NCBI GenBank assembly: GCA_049515915.1
Contig: JBEKTP010000001.1
Location: 6,855-70,854, forward strand
DNA from: Patescibacteria group bacterium
Lineage (GTDB): Bacteria; Patescibacteriota; UBA1384; UBA12157; JAENIV01
DNA: 64,000 nt
Direction of reading: 5' to 3'
Shown here: positions 57,138 to 64,000 of the stretch, piece by piece
How positions within the stretch are numbered: the first letter of the stretch is position 1
How the letters are laid out: each line of letters starts with the position of its first letter
The notes under the pieces: generated by a model
Seen by the model: the letters and a program-made list of their open reading frames with translations, nothing else
What the model was told of the DNA's origin: nothing
Database searches by the model: none
Made by a program: the position numbers and the translations under genes

Positions 57138-57860
57138 ATAGTTACCGCTGCCGTTCACTAGGGCTTAAGTTCAAGCCTAGCTCTGACTTGCGTCAGAAGA
57201 TCAGCTCTCCCCGTAACCTACTAGCACTGGGCAGGCATCAGCCCCTATACATCCCCATAATGGGTTCGCAGGGACCTAAGTTTTTGCTAAACAGTCATCT
57301 GAAATACGTTTGTTGCAGCCACCTTACGGTGGCAGTGCTTCTCCCGAAGTTACACACGCTTTTTTGCCGAGTTCCTTTGGGAAAGTTAGCTCGATCACCT
57401 TGGTATCCTCTACCCATCTACCTGAGTCGGTTTGCGGTACGGGTGCTAAAAGGAGTGGATTACAGCTTTTCTCGTCACCGCTTCAGCCTTACCTTTCAAC
57501 CATACGATTGGCAGACCTCTACGATGCGTCACTGTAATATAATCTTTTAACAGTCGACGAATATCAACGCCGTGTCCATCGCCCTCGCGGGCTTAGGCCC
57601 GACTAACCCCCCGCCGATTATCGTTACGGGGGAAACCTAAGATATTTGGTGGGCAGGTTTCTCACCTGCCTAATTCGTTACTCATACCAACATTCTCACT
57701 TCTTGGCCGTCCAGCAAACCTCACAGTTTGCCTTCACCCAGCCAAGAACGCTCCCCTACCACTCCAGTAAACTGGAGTCCGCATCTTCGGTGATAGTTTT
57801 GAGCCCCGATGAATTTTCGGCGCCACAAACCTTGACCAGTGAGCTGTTACGCTTTCTTTA

Positions 57861-57891
<31 letters not shown>

Positions 57892-58451
57892 TTGTCTAAG
57901 GATTGTGACATCCTTTTCCACTTAAACTATACTCTGGGACCTTAGATGGCGGTCTGGATTCTTTTCCTTTTGACTGTGAAGCTTAGCCCCCACAGTCTGA
58001 CTGCTCGAAAATCCAAAACGGAATTTGGAGTTTGATTAGCCTTCCGGCTTTCGCCGGAATAAGCCATCCAGAGCTCTACCTCCGAATTTTAACTTCGAGC
58101 GCTATACCTAAATATATTTCGGGGAGAACCAGCTATTTCCGGGTTCGATTAGCATTTTACCTCTATCCTCAAGTCATCACATAGCTTTGCAACGCTATAG
58201 CGTGCGGGCCTCCCTCACAGCTTTCGCTGGAGTTCACCCTGCTCAAGGATAGATCACCCGGTTTCGGGTTTAGTGTATGCCACTAGCGCCCTTTCGGACT
58301 CGGTTTCCCTATGCCTTCCCACAAAAAGTGGTTAAGCTAACGCGACATACAGCTAACTCGTTGGTTCATTCTACAAAAGGCACGCCGTCACCCTTGCGGG
58401 GCTCCGACTCCTTGTAAGCATATGGTTTCAGGTACTATTTCACTCCCCAAT

Positions 58452-58501
<50 letters not shown>

Positions 58502-59842
58502 GGAAGATATTTAGCCTTAGGAGATGATCCTCCCATCTTCCTGCTGGATTTCACGTGTCCAGCAGTACTTGCCTTTACGTCTCAAAGAGACGCAAAGTAA
58601 TGATGGCAGTAAAAGTTTACTTTTCGCTTACGGGACTGTTACCCTCTTTGGTCGTCCTTTCCAGGTTCATTTAGCTAAATAAACTCACTTACCATCATCA
58701 GGCTGTTCCCTTTTCGCTCGCCACTACTAAGGGAATCACATATTGGCGCAAACCTTTCGGCTCGCGCGAATATCTCACTTTTGGTGAGTCTTGTTTTCTT
58801 TTCCACGCCTTACTAAGATGTTTCAGTTCAGGCGGTTCCCTTCCGGTTCCACCTTCCCGACACGAAATGATTGTAAAGGCCTTTTAATTTGGATCCTATA
58901 ATTTAATAGATCCTAAAGGCTCATCTCATGCCGGGAATGCGAAACCGGACTGTCGCCTCTTCGGCGACCGGGTTGCCCCATTCGGAAATCTTCGGATCAA
59001 AGGATGTTTGGCTCCTCCCCGAAGCGTATCGCACGCCTACTGCGTCCTTCATCGGTCTTCCATGCCTAGGCATCCACCTTATGCTCTTATTGAAAACCAA
59101 ATATTAGGTAGAACAACTACCAAGACACTGAATACTTCACTTGTTAAAGTTCAATGAGATAGTCGGATCATCAGATAATCTGATATTTTAAACCTCATCA
59201 ATTAATTCTCTGAATATCTGACCATCTCTAAACCAAAAACCGCCTTTCGGCGGATGAAACACAACTCAAAATTTGGATTTAAGTTTAAGTTTATCCGTCG
59301 ACCCCCTCGAATAATTTGTTGCTAATATACATCAGAAATGACTCCTTATATTCGTCTGAATTAATTTTAACAAGACTCAATAAATTTGTCAAGCAAGGTT
59401 AAAAGTGAGGTGGCGCCCGCCTTGATGGCGGGCGCCGTAGAAATCATGGCGAGAAGCTTGTATTTGTGATTTGTAGGTCTTGGTGGATACATCTGATACG
59501 TATAACAAGCTTCTCGCCAATACTTTGAGACGAAACGGTCGGGGGCCTGTAGTCAGGCCCCCGACCTCCCGAGGCCGGAACTGTCAAGCTCAAGTCAGGA
59601 AAGCACAGTCGGGGTTAACCCGGTCCGCTCTCCCGAAGAGCGTCTGACTGCGATCCGATCGCTCGGGCCCGCCATCAACCAACAACTCGAGAGGGCGGGT
59701 TTAGCGAACGAAGCAACAACTGCCCGGCCCGTTTCTGTTTTTGTGGGATGATGGCCTCATTCAAAGACACAAGTAATCACATTATACAAGTTTTTTGGCT
59801 CGTGTCAAGATAGACATTATTTCTCTTTAAAACACAAAAAAC

Positions 59843-59880
59843 GGGCTGGAGTACTCCCATAACCCGTTTTTTGTGTTTAA
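59843..59880. terminator. bidirectional rho-independent terminator
   Basis: CACAAAAAACGGGCT...AACCCGTTTTTTGTG hairpin flanked by A/T runs, immediately downstream of the minus-strand gene at 59890..60567 and upstream of the rRNA leader. Confidence 0.55.
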
Positions 59881-59889
59881 TATAGCTCT

Positions 59890-60567
59890 CTACTTTAATT
59901 CTTTGCGAATTTTCTCCAAGATATCTTTGGCAACGCCTTGTCCGCCCAGACCGAAAGCCAGTCCACCGGCGATCGCCAAGAAAGCAACTAAACCGATAAA
60001 GAATGTACCAATCAAATTTTCGGCCACGCCCAATTGGCTTAAAACAGCTAAGAAGGTAAAGATAATAATCGAATAGCGAACAATTGCGGCCACGGCTTCA
60101 GAGGCGGCAAAATTGGCGGCCAGCATGGTACCTTTGACCACGTTCGAAAGAAAATGAGCCAAAACCAAGCCAATCAAAAGAATCGCACCTGCCGCAATGA
60201 CCGACGGAGTGAAAGCGAGAATTCGGTTAAGAAAGTCGGCCACACTAGGCAATTGTAAAGTATTCGCCGCCGCGATGAAGGCCACCAAATAGATAATCCA
60301 CTTGGCCACGCCCGCTAAAAGAGCGGTCGTATCTTTATCAATGTTGCCTTTTTTGAGAAGATCCTCAACTTTGGCCTTTTCGAAGAGTGTCTGCAGTCCG
60401 ATGATTCTAAAAAGCCGGTCGATAACCATCGCCACCAGCATGCCGACAATCCAACCAAGTACCAGAATAATGAAGGCACCAACGATATTCGGCAGAAAGT
60501 TAATGAACCGATCCCAAATACTCCTCCAGCTGTCCGAAACCGCGGTTGACCAATCTGTAATAACCAT
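59890..60567 (-). CDS. membrane protein with repeated TM-helix modules (mechanosensitive-channel/CmpX-like)
   Basis: 225 aa with 5-6 TM helices and Ala/Gly-rich repeats (LAFGLGGQGVAKD). The family assignment is tentative. Confidence 0.45.
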   Translation of the reverse strand: MVITDWSTAVSDSWRSIWDRFINFLPNIVGAFIILVLGWIVGMLVAMVIDRLFRIIGLQTLFEKAKVEDLLKKGNIDKDTTALLAGVAKWIIYLVAFIAAANTLQLPSVADFLNRILAFTPSVIAAGAILLIGLVLAHFLSNVVKGTMLAANFAASEAVAAIVRYSIIIFTFLAVLSQLGVAENLIGTFFIGLVAFLAIAGGLAFGLGGQGVAKDILEKIRKELK

Positions 60568-60777
60568 GATTTACCTTAGAAGGATTTAGATGGATTTAAC
60601 AGATCCATCTAGTATTATAACTTGCCTGTCCCGACCAAAGTCGGCTAACAGAGATAGATCGACCCTTTTCTCCCGTGAAATTTTACAAAAGTTAAGGGAT
60701 TTCTATCCACCCCCAGAATATGGCTTTAGAAATCAAAAATCAATCTAAATGTCAACCCCCACACCTAAACCTTGAGA

Positions 60778-61563
60778 TTACGGGGTCGAAATGATTTTAA
60801 GCGGATTATCGTGAATTTTTTGCTTGAGTTGTTGGCTAGTTAAAGTTTTATCCAACACTAAGCCGTGGCAAAGAGGAATAAACGATAAAAATGAGGCAAA
60901 ACCCGTCCCTTTTGGTCGCGGGATAGGCGCGTAGTCAGAGGAAACACAATCAATCGTCCCGTCCTTAAGTGCCGCTTTAATTGCCTTGATATCTTCGATA
61001 TCACCCAGCGGTGGATTAACCGGCTTATCTTCAACTTCGCTATTATAGCTAAAATAATGTGGGCAAGTCTCAGCGGTAAATCTTAGGCCCCGTCTTTTGT
61101 ATTCGCGAATGACATTAATAGTTGAGGCTTTAGAAATATGTTGAAGATGCAGCCTTCCGCCAACTTTTGATAACACCTGGAGATATTTTTCGACCATTTC
61201 CGTCTCTGGCTCGGCATGAAGCATCACTAAAACATTCTTTTTCAATACCGTCGCGAGTAATTGTAAATCTTTCAGACAATCGCCATCGTCGGAAAATCCA
61301 GCCACATATGGTTTAATTGAATCGATATCAGCCAGATCTTTTCCCTTCCGGCCAATCGTAATCGCACTGACCGGCATGGCTTTAATATGTCTTTTTTTCT
61401 TCAACGACGCTTTGATGGCTGCCACATTATCTAAGCAGGGATGAGTATTGGCCATATATAAAACCATTCCAATCCCCGCTTCTTTGGCTAATCGCGTATG
61501 GAATGGGATATTGTCTCTGAGATGCGTATGCAAATCAATTACTTCATATCCTAAATTAATCAT
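60778..61563 (-). CDS. pyrC: dihydroorotase-like metal-dependent amidohydrolase (short form)
   Basis: 261 aa with the N-terminal DLHTHLR (HxH metal site), carbamylation-region Lys in MLHAEP/ETCPHY and a C-terminal DCVSSDYAP (Asp). It is shorter than canonical PyrC, so the function is tentative. Confidence 0.55.
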   Translation of the reverse strand: MINLGYEVIDLHTHLRDNIPFHTRLAKEAGIGMVLYMANTHPCLDNVAAIKASLKKKRHIKAMPVSAITIGRKGKDLADIDSIKPYVAGFSDDGDCLKDLQLLATVLKKNVLVMLHAEPETEMVEKYLQVLSKVGGRLHLQHISKASTINVIREYKRRGLRFTAETCPHYFSYNSEVEDKPVNPPLGDIEDIKAIKAALKDGTIDCVSSDYAPIPRPKGTGFASFLSFIPLCHGLVLDKTLTSQQLKQKIHDNPLKIISTP

Positions 61564-61568
61564 TTTTG

Positions 61569-61641
61569 TGGACCGTGCCGGATTCGAACCGGCGACCTCG
61601 ACATTGCAAATGTCGCGCTCTACCAGCTAAGCTAACGGCCC
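61569..61641 (-). tRNA. tRNA-Ala (anticodon UGC)
   Basis: The minus strand reads GGGCCGTTAGCTTAGCTGGTAGAGCGCGACATTTGCAATGTCGAGGTCGCCGGTTCGAATCCGGCACGGTCCA. It has the G3:U70 identity pair, a TGC anticodon in a 7-nt loop and a GGTTCGAATCC T-arm. Confidence 0.85.
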
Positions 61642-61653
61642 ATCGTATCTATT

Positions 61654-61866
61654 TTACCAATGAACAGTCGTGACAAAAACTAAACTGCCGATGATAAGAA
61701 TGATGCCAATCAATTTCCAAACGGTGTAGGTGCTGCCGGCACCTAGTCTGATCTCGGCCCAGTCCATTTTGCCAAACATTCGGACAATCGGCTCGGTGTA
61801 CATTAAAATCAAAAGTCCAAGAGCGGTGCAAGCTAAAAAAATTAAAACCTTTTCAATAAAAACCAT
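61654..61866 (-). CDS. small two-TM membrane protein
   Basis: 70 aa with two hydrophobic helices. Confidence 0.4.
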   Translation of the reverse strand: MVFIEKVLIFLACTALGLLILMYTEPIVRMFGKMDWAEIRLGAGSTYTVWKLIGIILIIGSLVFVTTVHW

Positions 61867-61877
61867 CTTTCCTCCGT

Positions 61878-62381
61878 CTACTTAAAGATAAGCCAAAGAC
61901 TGCCGGCGATAATAATGACTTCGCTTAAAAGTCCCCAATACCATTTCTTGGGATCTAGATTGTAATGGACTCGGTGGTGTAAATAATGAATTTGTTTTAA
62001 GACTGGCCAGGAAAGCGTCGGGTAAAAGACCGGATTATCCAAAATATCAACCGCCATCCCTAAAAACCCGCCCAATATAATCCAGCCAAAGTTTGGCCGG
62101 CCGTAAAACAAGACAACCACCAGAATCCAAGCAAAAATAAATTCTAAAATTACGAAAAGGTAAATCCAGAGCGGCCACGGCCGATCATGGCGGTGCACTT
62201 CCTCAAGCTTAACGACTTTCTGGTAGCCCAGTTGTCTTTGATTGTGAAAAGTGCCCGGATCAAGATGTGGCAAGGCATCCAAAACGAAGTGGGAAAAAAA
62301 GGCCAGCGTTAATCCTAAAGGAATATTTTTGGTGTTCGCCACAATCGCCGCGCCGGTCAAAAGATGGGGTGTGATCGTCAT
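61878..62381 (-). CDS. membrane-bound metal-dependent hydrolase-like protein (DUF457/YdjM-like)
   Basis: 167 aa with 4 TM helices and His-rich motifs (HFVLDALPH, HYLHHRVH). Confidence 0.45.
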   Translation of the reverse strand: MTITPHLLTGAAIVANTKNIPLGLTLAFFSHFVLDALPHLDPGTFHNQRQLGYQKVVKLEEVHRHDRPWPLWIYLFVILEFIFAWILVVVLFYGRPNFGWIILGGFLGMAVDILDNPVFYPTLSWPVLKQIHYLHHRVHYNLDPKKWYWGLLSEVIIIAGSLWLIFK

Positions 62382-62440
62382 TTTAAAACCGATCCGATAG
62401 TAACTTGAATTTTATCATTTCTAAAGAACGTTTTCAAGTC

Positions 62441-64000
62441 TTAGGAGATATCCGACAAACTGACATGCAAAACGCCATGTTCTTTGATAACGCCTTCGAG
62501 CATTTTTTTAGCCAAGAGATTTTCGATTTTTTCTTCCATCACCCGGCGCAAAGGACGCGCGCCAAATTCCTGGTTATACCCCAACTCAATTAATTTCGCT
62601 AAGGCCGCGCTTTCCACTTCGACGCGGATTTTTCGTTCCTCGAGTTGTTTATTAATTTCACCAATCATCAAGCCCGCCACTAAAGTGAGATTTTCCCTTG
62701 TCAGCGGCTTAAAGGTAATGACGCCATCAAAACGGTTTAAGAACTCCGGCGTAAAAATGGCTTGCTTTTGAAGCTGATCAATTAAAGTAGTTTTTAACTG
62801 CTCGGCGCTGAGCCGACCGACATTTTCCCGGATAAATTCTGAGCCAGCGTTGGAAGTACCAATAATAATGGAATTAGTAAAATCGCTGACTTTACCGCGC
62901 GGATCGGTCAAGCGGCCGTCCTCGAAAACTTGCAAGAAAATATTAAGGACATTTTTATCGGCCTTTTCGAGTTCGTCTAATAAAATCAGCGAGAAAGGTT
63001 TAGCCAAAATCGCATCGGTTAAAATGCCGGCCGGATTTTGAACCGTTCCAATCAGCCGATCGAGCGAATCCGGTTGTTCATATTCGCTCATATCTAAGCG
63101 AATCATATTTTTTTCACTGCCGAAGTAACTTTCCGCCAGAGCTTTGGCCGTTTCGGTTTTGCCGACACCGGTCGGGCCTAAAAATAAAAATACCCCGGCG
63201 GGTCGCTTGCCCGTCGTCAAACCTGACCGGACCCGCCGTAAAGCATTGGCGACCGCGTTAATTGCTTCGTCCTGCCCAATAACTCGTTGGTGCAGAATCG
63301 ATTCTAAATTGAGAAGCCGGTCTTTTTCTTTCTCGCCGACTTGGCCAATCGGCACATTGGTTCTTTTGGAAACCAAGCTTTCAATTTCGGCTGGCGTGAC
63401 GATTTTAATTTTTTCACCCTGTAGCCCGACCGCCGATTCTTCCAGCAATCTCAAGGCTTTTTCCGGAAACGGCACTTCGTGAATATAACGCGCTGAGAGC
63501 TCCACGATTTTTTTGAGCGTCTGATACGGATAGAAAACATTATATTTATATTCGACGTAATTAACCGATTCCAACAAAATGGGCGGGACATCTTCAGGCT
63601 CAGGGGCGGCGACCTCGATTTTTTCCATTGCTTCCTCAATGCCTGTTCGACGTCTGACCACCGAAAAATAATCATCGGGGCTGACAGAGGCAATAATTCT
63701 AAGGTTTGAACTTTCCAAATAGGGAATTAAAATCTGCGAGGCATCAACGCCGCCGACGTCATTGGCCGCTGCGCTTCCGCCGAGCAAACTTTGAAAATTA
63801 TTAATATAGAGAATAATATTGCCCGCCCCGACCGCATCCGAAAGCGAGCCTTCCAGTCTGGCTCTGACGGTGCCCGCCTCGGCGCCAGCTAAAAGTTTAC
63901 CGATATTAAGTTCGCGAATTCGTTTATATTTCAAGGCCGGTAAACACCTTCCCCTTGCCAATTTTAAGGCGAGCGCGTTAATAATGGTTTGCTTGCCGAC
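62441..64000 (-). CDS. clpC: Clp ATPase (ClpC/ClpB family) AAA+ chaperone, 3' part; the gene continues beyond the window end
   Basis: The D2 AAA+ module (GPTGVGKTETAKALAE Walker A, LLDELEKA Walker B-region, sensor 2 GARPLRRVMEE) is preceded by part of D1 (signature at ~63.7-63.9 kb). No start lies within the window. Confidence 0.8.
   Translation of the reverse strand, partial: VGKQTIINALALKLARGRCLPALKYKRIRELNIGKLLAGAEAGTVRARLEGSLSDAVGAGNIILYINNFQSLLGGSAAANDVGGVDASQILIPYLESSNLRIIASVSPDDYFSVVRRRTGIEEAMEKIEVAAPEPEDVPPILLESVNYVEYKYNVFYPYQTLKKIVELSARYIHEVPFPEKALRLLEESAVGLQGEKIKIVTPAEIESLVSKRTNVPIGQVGEKEKDRLLNLESILHQRVIGQDEAINAVANALRRVRSGLTTGKRPAGVFLFLGPTGVGKTETAKALAESYFGSEKNMIRLDMSEYEQPDSLDRLIGTVQNPAGILTDAILAKPFSLILLDELEKADKNVLNIFLQVFEDGRLTDPRGKVSDFTNSIIIGTSNAGSEFIRENVGRLSAEQLKTTLIDQLQKQAIFTPEFLNRFDGVITFKPLTRENLTLVAGLMIGEINKQLEERKIRVEVESAALAKLIELGYNQEFGARPLRRVMEEKIENLLAKKMLEGVIKEHGVLHVSLSDIS

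Noticed and set aside
57600-57650. Possible fifth group I intron suggested by a CGTTACGGGGG element resembling the intron-internal repeat.
   Set aside because: The surrounding sequence aligns continuously with conserved 23S domain III/IV (CCAAACCGAC...TACCAAGG, CGTAACTTCGGGAGAAG), and the four identified introns already account for the excess length.

Overview
The window appears to be low-GC bacterial chromosome, and several features fit a Candidate Phyla Radiation (Patescibacteria)-type genome. Those features are a very compact dcw cell-division/peptidoglycan cluster on the minus strand (mraZ to ftsQ, no murE/ddl/ftsAZ), a 23S-5S rRNA operon without a linked 16S, a 23S gene interrupted by four group I introns (two encoding LAGLIDADG homing endonucleases), many overlapping start/stop codons and weak SD usage.

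The window splits into three parts.

1. Accessory/defense-like region (1 to about 13.5 kb):
- A same-strand string of short cassette-like genes: a DUF3175-like protein, a retropepsin-like aspartic protease with a small partner, a ClpP-like protease, two RecB/Cas4-like PD-(D/E)XK nucleases, two tiny ORFs and a GNAT.
- These genes are punctuated by a recurring 17-nt intergenic motif.
- A single 8-gene minus-strand operon follows: Type I R-M hsdR-hsdM, three unknown proteins embedded between hsdM and hsdS, hsdS, an endonuclease-III-like Fe-S HhH-GPD glycosylase, and a 175-aa unknown. It ends at a bidirectional terminator shared with a high-GC foreign-looking gene.

2. Housekeeping (13.5 to 53.9 kb):
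- Genes include a Dph6-like PP-loop ATPase, NUDIX, a PP2C-like/TM/beta-propeller membrane protein, HicAB, argS, tyrS, PBP1A, YacL-like PIN-TRAM, radA and a second high-GC inserted gene with a perfect sigma70 promoter.
- Further along are pyrB, recJ, the dcw cluster (carrying a GT39 glycosyltransferase and PgeF inside it), glyQS, recO, fpg and an EndoQ-like PHP protein.
- GC-rich, hairpin-dense, ORF-free segments flank mraZ (about 300 nt and about 1.15 kb). They look like structured RNA gene(s) that I could not assign.

3. rRNA/tRNA end (53.9 to 64 kb): 5S, the intron-rich 23S, a structured leader, a membrane protein, tRNA-Ala abutting a pyrC-like gene, small membrane proteins and a partial clpC/clpB.

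The best candidate for an undescribed system is the three-gene cassette wired into the Type I R-M operon together with the downstream glycosylase-like pair. No CRISPR array was seen.
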